Part shown: positions 19,841 through 32,119 of the stretch, piece after piece
Layout: each line of letters opens with the position of its first letter
How positions within the stretch are numbered: position 1 is the first letter of the stretch
NCBI GenBank assembly: GCA_963665845.2
Contig: OY762492.1
Span: 576,001-640,000 of the forward strand
Origin: Candidatus Poribacteria bacterium
GTDB taxonomy: Bacteria > Poribacteria > WGA-4E > GCA-2687025
Length of the DNA stretch: 64,000 nucleotides
Direction: 5' to 3'
Notes under the pieces: generated by a model
Told to the model about the DNA's origin: nothing
The model's database searches: none
Seen by the model: only the letters and a program-made list of their open reading frames with translations
Program-made: the position numbers and the translations under genes

Positions 19841-20983
19841 ATGAGTAAACAAACCGCCTTATGGACATGCATCGTCCCGCTCTTGATCTTGACAGGCTGC
19901 GGCGACAACGCGCGCAAAGACGCCTACTACCCTTTAATTGACGCCGACGCTGTCCTTGCCCTCGCATTCTCTCCGGACGGAAAAACGCTCGCCAGCGGAC
20001 ACGGCAGTTCATCCAACGCTCCGGCAAAAATACGGTTGTGGGACGTGAAAACGGGAGAAAAGAAAACGACTCTGGAGGGGCATCGCGGTAAAATCGGAAC
20101 GCTGACATTCTCTCCTGACGGAAAGACGCTCGCCAGCGGCGCCTCGGACAAAACGGCGCGGCTATGGAACGTCGAAACGGGCGAACCAATCCAAACCTTT
20201 ACCACAACGACGACAATGAACGGGCTTCCGGGCGGGCGTCCAGCATGGCGCATCGAGTCGGTCGCGTTCGCCGACGGCGGAAAAAACCTGACAACCATTG
20301 ACCACTTCGGAGGCGTCGTTGTTTGGAACCCCGACACGGGCGCTCCAGCGCGAACTCCGATACAGATGTCGAGGAGGCAGCTTCCCGATTTTATCGCCGC
20401 AGCCTTTTCGCCCAACGGACAACTGATTGCTGTCAACGAAGCGATGGGGAAAGTTCTCCTCATGGACGCGGTTACAGGCGAACAGCTCCGCGTCATGAGG
20501 GGCCATTCGCATCTCATTCATGCGCTCGCCTTTTCGCCCGACAGCTCAACGCTCGCCAGCGGCAGTTTTGACTGGTCGATACTGCTTTGGAACCCTTACA
20601 AAGGCAAGAGGCTCAAACGGCTCGAAGGGCATGAAAGCAGAGTGTTGTGCTTGGCGTTTTCGCCGGACGGAAAAACGCTCGCCAGCGGCAGCATTTCTCC
20701 GCGAAAAGACACGTTGGACTGGTTCAAAGAGCAGGGGAAGATGATGGAATATATGGAGCGTAAACGCCGAGACGATTTAAGCGAGGAGATGCTGCGCGAG
20801 GAGACGCTGCGCCTATGGGATGTTGAAACAGGCGCCCATCTGAAATCGCTGGACGGACATAAAATGGCGGTCTGGTCGGTCGCATTCTCTCCCGACGGAA
20901 AGACGCTCGCCAGCGGCGGGGAGGATCGAACCGTTCGGATATGGGATGTGAAAACGAGCGAACTGGTCAAGACGCTCAAATGA
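19841..20983 (+). CDS. WD40 repeat lipoprotein
   Basis: Lipobox LILTGC; about 7 WD repeats with a charged helical loop insert. Confidence 0.88.
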   Translation: MSKQTALWTCIVPLLILTGCGDNARKDAYYPLIDADAVLALAFSPDGKTLASGHGSSSNAPAKIRLWDVKTGEKKTTLEGHRGKIGTLTFSPDGKTLASGASDKTARLWNVETGEPIQTFTTTTTMNGLPGGRPAWRIESVAFADGGKNLTTIDHFGGVVVWNPDTGAPARTPIQMSRRQLPDFIAAAFSPNGQLIAVNEAMGKVLLMDAVTGEQLRVMRGHSHLIHALAFSPDSSTLASGSFDWSILLWNPYKGKRLKRLEGHESRVLCLAFSPDGKTLASGSISPRKDTLDWFKEQGKMMEYMERKRRDDLSEEMLREETLRLWDVETGAHLKSLDGHKMAVWSVAFSPDGKTLASGGEDRTVRIWDVKTSELVKTLK

Positions 20984-22059
20984 AGCAGAACAATGCGCGA
21001 AATGAAAACGCCATGATCAAACGGCGGCTGGCGGCTCTCGCGTTGATCGTTATCGTCGTTCTGGCGGCTGCGTCGCTTTTGAGGAGGTCTCGACCGAAAC
21101 TGGAAGCGGTCCGCGTCCCATTATCGGGCAGCGGCAGTAAAACGATAGCGGTCGCATTCTCCCCGGACAGCAAGACGCTTGCCGGCGGCGGAGAAGAAGG
21201 CGTCATGTTCTGGGACGCCGAAACGGGCGGCTTGCTCAAAACGCTGGAGGGGTTTAACTGCAGTTCGCTTGCGTATTCGCCGGACGGAAAAACGCTCGCC
21301 GCGGCAGCCGGCGCCAACAGGGACGAACGCGCGCTGATTCTGATCGATGTTCAAACGGACGCGGTGAAAACGTTGGAAAAGCTGGACGATACGGTTTTAA
21401 CCGCCGCCTACTCACCGAACGGAAAAACGGTCGCGAGCGTCGGCAAAAATCTAACGACCAAAAAACACACGATACGAATATGGGACGCCAAAACAGGCGA
21501 TCCTCTCCACGCGCTGCCGGCATTCGACTCAGATAAGACAACCTTGACCTATACCCCTGACGGAGAGACGCTGATCAGTTTCTATTGCGCTCCAAAGATT
21601 CCTACGGTTAGGAGCCGCGAGTACAAGCTTGCATTCTGGGATGTGGACGGGGGCTACAAAAGAATTGAGCCGCCTGCGTTCCAATATAGAGGGTCTAGGT
21701 ATGACAAAGCCGCGGCGTATTCCCCGAACGGTCAACGGATGGCGGTTGCCGCCGGGAGCTTTGTACTGCTTTTCGACGCCTATACGGCGGAGTTTGTCCA
21801 ATCGCTGGAGCATTGCGAATGGGGTCCCTCTGTTTCTAGTCTGGCGTATTCGCCCGACAGCAAACTTTTGGCGAGCGGGGGCGACGCTGAAACGGACATC
21901 AATCTATGGAACGCCTACACAGGCGAGCATTTGAAAGGGCTGAGCGTTTACCACACGTCTATCTGGGATTTGACCTTCTCGCCGGACGGAACGAAGCTCG
22001 CCTGCATCGGCTTTCTCGGCTGGACGGGAATGTGGAAAATCGACCCTGTCAACCCATGA
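20980..22059 (+). CDS. Membrane-anchored WD40 repeat protein
   Basis: N-terminal TM (LAALALIVIVVLAAASLL) without a lipobox Cys; paralogue of 12591-13646; alternative start at 21013. Confidence 0.85.
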   Translation: MKQNNARNENAMIKRRLAALALIVIVVLAAASLLRRSRPKLEAVRVPLSGSGSKTIAVAFSPDSKTLAGGGEEGVMFWDAETGGLLKTLEGFNCSSLAYSPDGKTLAAAAGANRDERALILIDVQTDAVKTLEKLDDTVLTAAYSPNGKTVASVGKNLTTKKHTIRIWDAKTGDPLHALPAFDSDKTTLTYTPDGETLISFYCAPKIPTVRSREYKLAFWDVDGGYKRIEPPAFQYRGSRYDKAAAYSPNGQRMAVAAGSFVLLFDAYTAEFVQSLEHCEWGPSVSSLAYSPDSKLLASGGDAETDINLWNAYTGEHLKGLSVYHTSIWDLTFSPDGTKLACIGFLGWTGMWKIDPVNP

Positions 22060-22090
22060 TGCGCATACCGCCCGCCTCATTCCGCCATTC

Positions 22091-22297
22091 CCGCGCCCGT
22101 TCATATCGTCATTCCCGCTCCTCTTCCCGTCATTCCCGCGCAAGCGGGAATCTTAAGGCATTGCAGCCGCCGCGCCCGTTCATATCGTCATTCCCGCTCC
22201 TCTTCCCGTCATTCCCGCGTAAGCGGGAATCTAGAGGCGCCTCAGAAGACGTCCGTGTTCGCATGCCGACATGTCCCAACTTAAGACGTGAGGTCAG
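22091..22297 (+). repeat. Two tandem REP-containing units (79-bp period) joined to the right half of the 168-bp MITE
   Basis: Units start at 22091 and 22170; palindromes GTCATTCCCGCG(C/T)AAGCGGGAATC at 22129-22152 and 22208-22231; the MITE right TIR ends at 22297. Confidence 0.85.
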
Positions 22298-22382
22298 GGA
22301 GTCTAGAAACGCTTTGGCATCGGCGCCGTATGCGGTATAATCGTAACGCATAGGCGCGTAGGCACATTGGAAAGGCGATGCG

Positions 22383-23069
22383 ATGTTTTTCTTTGAATTC
22401 GATTATTTCTTGATCGTAGGTCCGGCGTTTATAATGGCGATCTGGGCGCAATTCAAGGTGAAAAGCGCGTTCAAAAAGTATTCGCAGACAGGCACGCGCT
22501 CTGGGATGACGGGGGCGCAGGTTGCGCGGGAGATTTTACGCGCCAACGGCATCCACGATGTAAAGGTGGAAGGCGTCCATGGCTTTTTGTCCGACCATTA
22601 CGATCCGCGAACCAAGACGCTGCGCCTGTCGCCGGATGTGTTCCAGGGGCGTTCGCAGGCGGCGGTCGGCGTCGCCGCGCATGAGGTCGGACATGCGATT
22701 CAGCACGCGCAAGGTTATGCGCCGCTGAAGTTGCGGAGCGCGTTCGTCCCGGCAGTTCAGTTTGGCTCATGGATCGCGACTCCCGTCTTTTTCCTCGGTA
22801 TGATACTAACCCCGCTGCTGATCTTGGGCGTCGCCGCGTTCGGGTTGATCGCGCTGTTTCAGCTGATCACGCTGCCGGTGGAGTATAACGCTTCCAGCCG
22901 CGCCCTGTCGGAAATTGATCGTCTCGGCATCGTCGGCGGCGCGGAGATGGAAGGCGCGCGGAAAACGCTGAACGCCGCCGCGTTGACCTATGTCGCCGCC
23001 GTGGCGCAGACGCTCCTGACGATACTGTACTTTTTGCTGCGCTTGGGCTTGCTCGGCGGAGATGAGTAG
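22383..23069 (+). CDS. Membrane zinc metallopeptidase (YugP / Zn_peptidase_2 family)
   Basis: DHYDP, AAHEVGHAIQHA, TLPVEYNAS and AAALTYVA motifs; TATAAT at 22336. Confidence 0.93.
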   Translation: MFFFEFDYFLIVGPAFIMAIWAQFKVKSAFKKYSQTGTRSGMTGAQVAREILRANGIHDVKVEGVHGFLSDHYDPRTKTLRLSPDVFQGRSQAAVGVAAHEVGHAIQHAQGYAPLKLRSAFVPAVQFGSWIATPVFFLGMILTPLLILGVAAFGLIALFQLITLPVEYNASSRALSEIDRLGIVGGAEMEGARKTLNAAALTYVAAVAQTLLTILYFLLRLGLLGGDE

Positions 23070-24873
23070 AGAACGCCCGCGTCCGTCCAGCAGCTGTTTT
23101 GGGTCGGCATTCTTCATCGCCGCGTTTTTTCTGGCGTCCGCTGTCGGATGCTTCACGCAGCCGCTCCCCGCAGCTGACAGCGCCTTAACGGACAAAGACG
23201 ACGACCTCGCGCGCAAACTTGCGCCAGAGGAACTTGACATAATACGCGCGCAGATTGACTACACCTTCTACCATGAAAACGCTGTCACCGATCTAGGCGT
23301 CGTTGCGGATGTCGGGGTCATCGCCGACCTAGACGGCTATCTCTACGAGTTTTACGCGAAGGATAAGAGCGTTCTTCCCCCAGGAACCGCCCCCGAAGAC
23401 GAATTTGGCGAAATTCTTGCGGCTAAAGGTTCAAGATATTTGCATATCGAAGCCTCGAAGGCGCGCGCGGAGCGGAACCGACTGATCATACATTATCTGC
23501 GTCAGCAGACGGCGGCGGATGCGGACAGGCGCGGCTTCCATTATCCGCCCGTCGCGAATATCGAGACTTCGCTGGCGCTGTATGAAACGATTTTGGAGAT
23601 CGAAGAGGCATGGCTGACCGCGCTCCAAAACGGCGAACCCTTAGCGAAGGCGAAGCGGGCTAGGACGAAATCCCATGCGGCGTTGATTAAGACCATCGCT
23701 GATTCGAGAACGGGGCTGCCGCCGCCTGATCAGGACGCGCCGCCTCAACTTTCAGAGGCGGAGGACGCGGCGGCAAGGGCGGGTCGAACGCTGAAACGCG
23801 CGGCGCGGATTGCCCAAAAGTTGTCCCGAAAAACGGACGTTTTGAAATGGACAGCGGCGCGGAGAGCCAAACATGAAACGATGCGCGCCGCCGTTCAAAC
23901 ATGGCGCGCGTCCGCTGAAAACAGGTATGAGGCGGAAAGCGCTTATCTGGACGCGCTCAAGCGCGGCGCCGACCATGACGCTCTTCTCCAGCCGCTTTGG
24001 GAGGCGCGTTATGTTTCTTACGCCGCGTTTGCGTGGACGTGCGCTGCGGCGCTGGACGCGGAATGGCTGCCCCCTCCGCCTGTCTTCGCCGCCCAAAGCG
24101 AATCGAAACCTGGGCAAGACTGGCGGTTAGACGCTTCCACAGCGAATTTAGAAGCGGCGAGAGCGGCAGTCGCTGTATGGCAAGCCGCATGGTACGGTCA
24201 CTGGCATTTCTACCTCTACTTCAGGATAGAAGACGCCACTCTTGACAACATGTTCGGCGCCGCCAAGAGACGGCGGGCGGCCGCCGACGCCTGGCAAGCC
24301 GCGGTCAAGGCATGGCAGAGGATTTTAGCGGATGAACGCGTCGGCGTTGAGGAAAAGCGCGACGCGGCCGACGCGGCGCTGCATGCCAAAAACGCTTTCC
24401 GCGCCGCCGATCAGCCTCCGTATCCTGAACCTGTCTATCCTGAAGGCAACCTTCTGGCGTTTATTCAAGACGGAGACGAGGATCGGATCGATGTTGAGAC
24501 GGTCGTCTATGAGATCGCTGTTTTCAAGATAACGGACAGCTGGCTCATCGCAATGGACATCGAAAACCTGTATCCGCCGAAGACGCGCCTCGCCAGAGAG
24601 GAACGAGCGGCGGCGGCTCTAGAGCAGCTGGTCGCCGCGAAAGAATGGCTGGCGGTCTCTTTAGACGAAAAGGCGGACGAAGAGGATATGCGGCTTGCGC
24701 AGGCGATCGCCCTGTCCTTCGGAATTGAGCTGTGGGATTGCTATCACGATTCCCGTATCCCCGATCGCGAGTTTCACCCGCTTGAATACTATATCGTGAG
24801 AGGATATCCTTGGGGCGGCAACGGCGGTTATACTCATCAGAAACGGCGTAAAGGCTCCGACGCCGCTCCATAA
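23062..24873 (+). CDS. Hypothetical alpha-helical, Ala-rich protein, probable lipoprotein
   Basis: 603-aa ORF overlapping the upstream gene; hydrophobic stretch ending SAVGC; no family recognised. Confidence 0.6.
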   Translation: MSRERPRPSSSCFGSAFFIAAFFLASAVGCFTQPLPAADSALTDKDDDLARKLAPEELDIIRAQIDYTFYHENAVTDLGVVADVGVIADLDGYLYEFYAKDKSVLPPGTAPEDEFGEILAAKGSRYLHIEASKARAERNRLIIHYLRQQTAADADRRGFHYPPVANIETSLALYETILEIEEAWLTALQNGEPLAKAKRARTKSHAALIKTIADSRTGLPPPDQDAPPQLSEAEDAAARAGRTLKRAARIAQKLSRKTDVLKWTAARRAKHETMRAAVQTWRASAENRYEAESAYLDALKRGADHDALLQPLWEARYVSYAAFAWTCAAALDAEWLPPPPVFAAQSESKPGQDWRLDASTANLEAARAAVAVWQAAWYGHWHFYLYFRIEDATLDNMFGAAKRRRAAADAWQAAVKAWQRILADERVGVEEKRDAADAALHAKNAFRAADQPPYPEPVYPEGNLLAFIQDGDEDRIDVETVVYEIAVFKITDSWLIAMDIENLYPPKTRLAREERAAAALEQLVAAKEWLAVSLDEKADEEDMRLAQAIALSFGIELWDCYHDSRIPDREFHPLEYYIVRGYPWGGNGGYTHQKRRKGSDAAP

Positions 24874-24879
24874 AGAAAC

Positions 24880-27468
<2,589 letters not shown>

Positions 27469-27522
27469 TTATGCCGCAAGACGCCGCTTTTGACAAGCGC
27501 CAATCTTCCGATCTCACTCCGA

Positions 27523-27779
27523 TTCCCCTTGAAAAGGGGGTTAGGAGGGTTTCGGCGCGGCGCTGGTCGTTCCCCCTTGAAAAGGGGGGCTAGGAGGGTT
27601 TCGGCGCGGCGCGCGGTTGCGCTTGGTTTTGAACTAGGATTTTCAGGATTTATAGGATTTTGAGATGCGGCATGCCGCGGGCGGCGTGTCGGTTTTCGGC
27701 AATTCTCTTGGCAATCTTTTCAATCATGCAAATCTTAGTTCAGACAGCAGACGGTTTCGGGTTCGCCTCTGGATTCCCG
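27523..27779. repeat. Composite intergenic repeat: two tandem family-B palindromes plus a family-C element
   Basis: TTCCCC(C)TTGAAAAGGGGG..TAGGAGGGTTTCGGCGCGGCGC twice (27523, 27570); 27627-27779 is similar to 6605-6749. Confidence 0.85.
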
Positions 27780-27823
27780 GCGGCGTCTTTTTCCCTTGTC
27801 ATTACGCATAAAACGACGCATAA

Positions 27824-27850
27824 CATTTTACAAAAATAATTTGTAAAATG
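27824..27850. promoter_or_regulatory. Perfect 11-bp inverted repeat (operator-like) upstream of the ECF sigma gene
   Basis: CATTTTACAAA-aataa-TTTGTAAAATG in an AT-rich patch between divergent gyrB and the sigma gene. Confidence 0.55.
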
Positions 27851-27861
27851 AGGAGCATGCC

Positions 27862-28416
27862 ATGCTGTCCGCGAAAACGCGCATCGAGGCGCCGTCTCTT
27901 GAGGAAGCGCAGCGCGACTTTGAACGCAAAATACGCGAACGGGGCGAGCTGCTGCGGCATTACTTCGCCCGCCGAGTTCCAGATGCGCATCGCGTCGAAG
28001 ACCTGTACCAGGAGACGCTCATGCGCGCTTGGGCGTCCCGACCCGATCATCTGGAGGATGACGACCGATGGGCGCGCCGATGCATGACCATCGCGCGCAA
28101 TCTGCTCATCGACGACTGGCGGCGCATCCGCGCGGAACAGAATCGAAGAGAACGGCTCAGCCTGCGAAGCAAGGGAGACGCGCAGGCGGAGAACACGGCG
28201 CTAGACGACATGCTGGAGAGGGAGCTGGCGAAGGAGGCGGAGCTGGTTGTGAAGGAGCTGCCGCGCATCTACGAGGAGGCGCTGCGGCTGCGGGCGGAGG
28301 GCTTGTCGACCAAGGCGATGGCGCGCGCGATGAATGTAAAGCCGCAGACGGCGCAGGCGCGTTTACGGCGGGCGCGGGAACTGGCGCAGGAGCGTTTGAA
28401 AAAGAGAGGCTACTAG
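27862..28416 (+). CDS. ECF (sigma-70 group 4) RNA polymerase sigma factor
   Basis: Region 2 (EDLYQETLMRAW, IARNLLIDDWRR) and region 4 HTH (EGLSTKAMARAMNVKPQTAQARLRRAR). Confidence 0.88.
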   Translation: MLSAKTRIEAPSLEEAQRDFERKIRERGELLRHYFARRVPDAHRVEDLYQETLMRAWASRPDHLEDDDRWARRCMTIARNLLIDDWRRIRAEQNRRERLSLRSKGDAQAENTALDDMLERELAKEAELVVKELPRIYEEALRLRAEGLSTKAMARAMNVKPQTAQARLRRARELAQERLKKRGY

Positions 28417-28484
28417 GTTGCGGATTCGGCGCGCGGCGGTGTATATTGAGAACGGAACATCGCTGACGAAAATGGAGCGGCAGC

Positions 28485-30299
28485 ATGAACAAAACGCCCG
28501 CTTACACGCGCTGGAACCTGCCTGAAGACGCCTCCGCGCGTCTTGGAAAAAGCATGGTTGGCGACATTGACTACTCGCCGGACGGGTCGGTCATCGCGGT
28601 ATGCGGCAAGGCGGGGCTTTGGATATACGACGCAAAGACCTGCGCTGAAATCGCGCTGCTCGGCGAGAACGGAGAAGAGGCGCATGCGGCGGCGTTTTCG
28701 CCGGACGGGAGCCGAATCGCGGTTGCCTCGCCCGGCGTCTCCCCGACAAAACTATGGAACGCGCGGACATGGACGCTTGAAGGCGCGTTTGAAAACAGCA
28801 GAAACGGTTGGGGCATCGCCTATTCGCCGGACGGCGAAACGATCGCCGTGGCAGACAACGGCAAGAATGTGCGGCTGTATGATGTCAAGAGCTTCGAGCG
28901 CATTGCAACGCTTAAAGGGCATACAGAAGATGTGTACATCCTTGCGTTTTCACCCGACAGCAAAACGCTCGCCAGCGGCGCCTACGACAATACGGCGATC
29001 CTGTGGGATTTGGACAAACAGAAGCTGGGGCGGCGTTTGGAGGGACACCAGCTTGTGATAACCGGCGCCGCCTTTTCGCCGGACGGAAAAACTCTGGCGA
29101 CATGCAGCGACGACAAAACGGCGCGGCTCTGGGATGTCCAAACAGGGCGGTGCGACGCCATCTTGAAGGGACACCGCGGCGATGTACGATCGGTCGCCTT
29201 TTCGCCGGACGGGCAGAACCTTGTAACCGCAAGCGAGGACAAGACAGCCCGCGTCTGGGACGCTCAAACAGGCCGTTACCGGCAACAGCTGATTGGCAAT
29301 GTCGGAGGCCTTAACTGCGCCGTCTATTCGCCGGACGGCAAAACGATTGCCACAGGCGGAGACCTCAAAGACGGCATGCTCAAGTTGTGGGATTCAGCGG
29401 CATGCTCCGTTCGCCAAACGATTGAGGGGCATACCTCCTGTCTCGGCGGAATGGCGTATTCGCCCGACGGACGGACGCTCGCCGCCGGTTACTGGGACGA
29501 TTCGATACGGATATGGGATGTCCAAACGGGAGCCATGTTGAAGCGGCTTTTGGGGCATACTGCCGCTGTCCAATGCGCCGCGTATTCGCCCGACGGACGG
29601 ACGCTTGCCAGCGGGTCGTATGATCGTACGGCGCGGTTATGGGACGCTCGGACAGGGGAGCCGCTGAAAATATTGAAAGGACATGAGAAAGCGGTTTACG
29701 CCGCGGCGTTTTCACCGGACGGACATACGCTGGCAAGCGGAAGTTTTGACGAGACCGTGCGCATTTGGAATATCCAGAGCGGGAAGCCGGAGATGGTTTT
29801 TCGAGCGCATGAGCGGGGCGTTCTATGCGCCGCCTATTCCCCGAATGGACGCTTCATTGTCAGCGGCGGATGGGACGCCGCGATACGGATATGGGATGTC
29901 CAAACATATGCGATCCACAGGATGCTGGAAGGACATGAAAACAGAATCCTAGCCGTGACGTTTTCACCCGACGGAAAGATGGTTTTGAGCGGCGGCAGGG
30001 ACGATACAGCGCGGCTCTGGGATGTCCTAAGCGGGCGGCTGATCAAGACGCTCTACAGCGGCAACAGCGGCATTCGAGGTTCTGTCAGTTGCCTTGCGTT
30101 TTCACCCGACGGAAAGACGTTTGCTATTAACGACGGCATGCATGGCGCGCTCTTTTACGACCCGCGAACAGGCGCCTTCAAAGCGGATCATGAATGGTTA
30201 GGCGGACTGGTTGAAGAAATCGCCTTTTCGCCGGATGGGCAGACGCTCGCCGCCGGCAACACCGGAGGATCCGTCATTCTATCGCCGGCTCCGCAATAG
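28485..30299 (+). CDS. Cytoplasmic WD40 repeat protein 1 of 6
   Basis: N-terminal PAYTRWNLPEDASARLGK; about 13-14 WD repeats; no signal peptide. Confidence 0.92.
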   Translation: MNKTPAYTRWNLPEDASARLGKSMVGDIDYSPDGSVIAVCGKAGLWIYDAKTCAEIALLGENGEEAHAAAFSPDGSRIAVASPGVSPTKLWNARTWTLEGAFENSRNGWGIAYSPDGETIAVADNGKNVRLYDVKSFERIATLKGHTEDVYILAFSPDSKTLASGAYDNTAILWDLDKQKLGRRLEGHQLVITGAAFSPDGKTLATCSDDKTARLWDVQTGRCDAILKGHRGDVRSVAFSPDGQNLVTASEDKTARVWDAQTGRYRQQLIGNVGGLNCAVYSPDGKTIATGGDLKDGMLKLWDSAACSVRQTIEGHTSCLGGMAYSPDGRTLAAGYWDDSIRIWDVQTGAMLKRLLGHTAAVQCAAYSPDGRTLASGSYDRTARLWDARTGEPLKILKGHEKAVYAAAFSPDGHTLASGSFDETVRIWNIQSGKPEMVFRAHERGVLCAAYSPNGRFIVSGGWDAAIRIWDVQTYAIHRMLEGHENRILAVTFSPDGKMVLSGGRDDTARLWDVLSGRLIKTLYSGNSGIRGSVSCLAFSPDGKTFAINDGMHGALFYDPRTGAFKADHEWLGGLVEEIAFSPDGQTLAAGNTGGSVILSPAPQ

Positions 30300-30300
30300 A

Positions 30301-32109
30301 ATGAAGCGGCTGCATGAACAAACGCCCGCCTACGCGCATTGGAATTTGCCTGAAGGCGCCATCGCCCGTCTCGGCAAAGGGTGGATTTCTGACATCGCCT
30401 ACTCTCCAGACGGGAATATCTTGGCGGTCTGCGCCGGCCCAGGCATCTGGCTCTACGACGCGAAGACATGCGCCGAATTGTCGCTGTTGAGCGTCCCCGG
30501 CGAGGGCGCGCGCGCCGCCGTCTTTTCTCCCGCCGGCAGCGCGCTCGCCGCGGCGCATACGGGCGGAACGGCGCGAATATGGAACGCCCGGACGGGGGAG
30601 ATTCAGGCTGAAGCGGAAGAGATCTTCGACGCCCGATGCGCCGCATACTCGCAGGACGGCAAGACGATCGCCTTCGGCGCCGGCAGGACGATTCACCTGT
30701 TGGACGCCCGGCACGGCGAGACATTCACAACGCTGGACGGGCATCGGGGCGACGTCAACGCGGTCGCCTTTTCGCCGGACAGCGGGACGCTCGCCAGCGG
30801 CGGAAATGACAAAACAGTACGGATCTGGGACGCTGAAACAGGGGAGCGGCGCAAGAAAATCGCCCATAAGAACGATGATGTGAGATGTCTTGCCTTTTTC
30901 TCTGACGACAATATGATTGTCAGCGGCGGCGAAAAGTTGCGGCTTTGGGATGTCCATTCCGGGCATCTCCAAGCGGAGTTAAAGGGCAATACAGGGGCAA
31001 TCTCTTCAGTCGACCGTTCGCCGGACGGAACGGGGCTGCTCGCCGCCTGCGGCGACAGGACGGCGCGCATATGGGACGCCCAGTACGGCCGTCTCAGCCG
31101 ACAGCTGATTGGACATCTCGGCGGCATCGATTGCGCCGTCTATTCGCCGGACGGCAAAACGATCGTCACAGGAGGAAAAGGGGACGACGGAACGCTGCGG
31201 TTCTGGGATGTCCAGACAGGAGCCGTCCGCCAAACCGCCGCAGGACACACCGCTGTTGTGGACGGCCTCGCCTTCTCTCCCGACGGCAAAACGCTCGCTA
31301 CTGGACATCGGGACGACGCGATTCGGCTTTGGGATGTCCAAACATGCGCTCATTTGAAAACGATGCGCGGACACAGAGAAGATGTGAATTGCCTCGCCTA
31401 TTCGCCGGATGGACAGACCGTCGCCAGCGCATCCGACGACGACACCGCCAGGCTCTGGGATGTCCAAACAGGGAGGCAAAAAAAGGTTCTTAAAGGACAT
31501 GAAGATGTCGTTTTCGGAGTCGCATTCAACCCAAGCGGAAAAACGATCGCAACCGCCGGCTTCGACAAAACAATCCGAATATGGGATGTCCAAACAGGAC
31601 GGCAGAAAACAAAGCTGGTTGGACATGCCGAAGAGGTCAGTTATGTCGCATACGCCCCGAATGGACAGACGCTCGCCAGCGCATGCGACGATGGAACCAT
31701 ACGGCTGTGGGACGTTCCAACCGGCGCCCCCGCCGCAGAGTTGAAAAGCGACCAACTAAAGATGATGTATCAGATCGTCTTTTCGCCAAATGGACGTCTG
31801 CTTGCCGGCGTCGGGTACGGAAACGTCGTCTGCCTATGGGATGTTCGCAAGCGCCAGCTTCACAAGACCTTTGAAGGGCATACCGGCGAGTACATCTTTA
31901 GCGCCGCCTACTCTCCAGATGGACATACGATTGCCAGCGGAGGCATATACAAAACCGTTCGCTTATGGGATGTCCAAACAGGCGAGTCTACAGCGGTTCT
32001 GACAGGGCATTCAAGCGTTGTCTATGAGGTCTCGTTTTCGCCGGATGGAAAAACATTAGCTAGCGGAAGCGGCGACGGAACCATCCTGCTTTGGTCAACC
32101 GCTGAATAA
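30301..32109 (+). CDS. Cytoplasmic WD40 repeat protein 2 of 6
   Basis: PAYAHWNLPEGAIARLGKG; WD repeats; ends WSTAE. Confidence 0.92.
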   Translation: MKRLHEQTPAYAHWNLPEGAIARLGKGWISDIAYSPDGNILAVCAGPGIWLYDAKTCAELSLLSVPGEGARAAVFSPAGSALAAAHTGGTARIWNARTGEIQAEAEEIFDARCAAYSQDGKTIAFGAGRTIHLLDARHGETFTTLDGHRGDVNAVAFSPDSGTLASGGNDKTVRIWDAETGERRKKIAHKNDDVRCLAFFSDDNMIVSGGEKLRLWDVHSGHLQAELKGNTGAISSVDRSPDGTGLLAACGDRTARIWDAQYGRLSRQLIGHLGGIDCAVYSPDGKTIVTGGKGDDGTLRFWDVQTGAVRQTAAGHTAVVDGLAFSPDGKTLATGHRDDAIRLWDVQTCAHLKTMRGHREDVNCLAYSPDGQTVASASDDDTARLWDVQTGRQKKVLKGHEDVVFGVAFNPSGKTIATAGFDKTIRIWDVQTGRQKTKLVGHAEEVSYVAYAPNGQTLASACDDGTIRLWDVPTGAPAAELKSDQLKMMYQIVFSPNGRLLAGVGYGNVVCLWDVRKRQLHKTFEGHTGEYIFSAAYSPDGHTIASGGIYKTVRLWDVQTGESTAVLTGHSSVVYEVSFSPDGKTLASGSGDGTILLWSTAE

Positions 32110-32119
32110 ACAAGAAGGG

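Noticed and set aside
22078-22297. Possible CRISPR array
   Set aside because: Only two units, the sequence between the palindromes is itself repeated rather than unique, and there are no cas genes; explained as REP/MITE repeats.
21906-22351. Small ORFs spanning the repeat region (also 54720-54911 and 54172-54930)
   Set aside because: They are translations of REP/MITE sequence without coding features.
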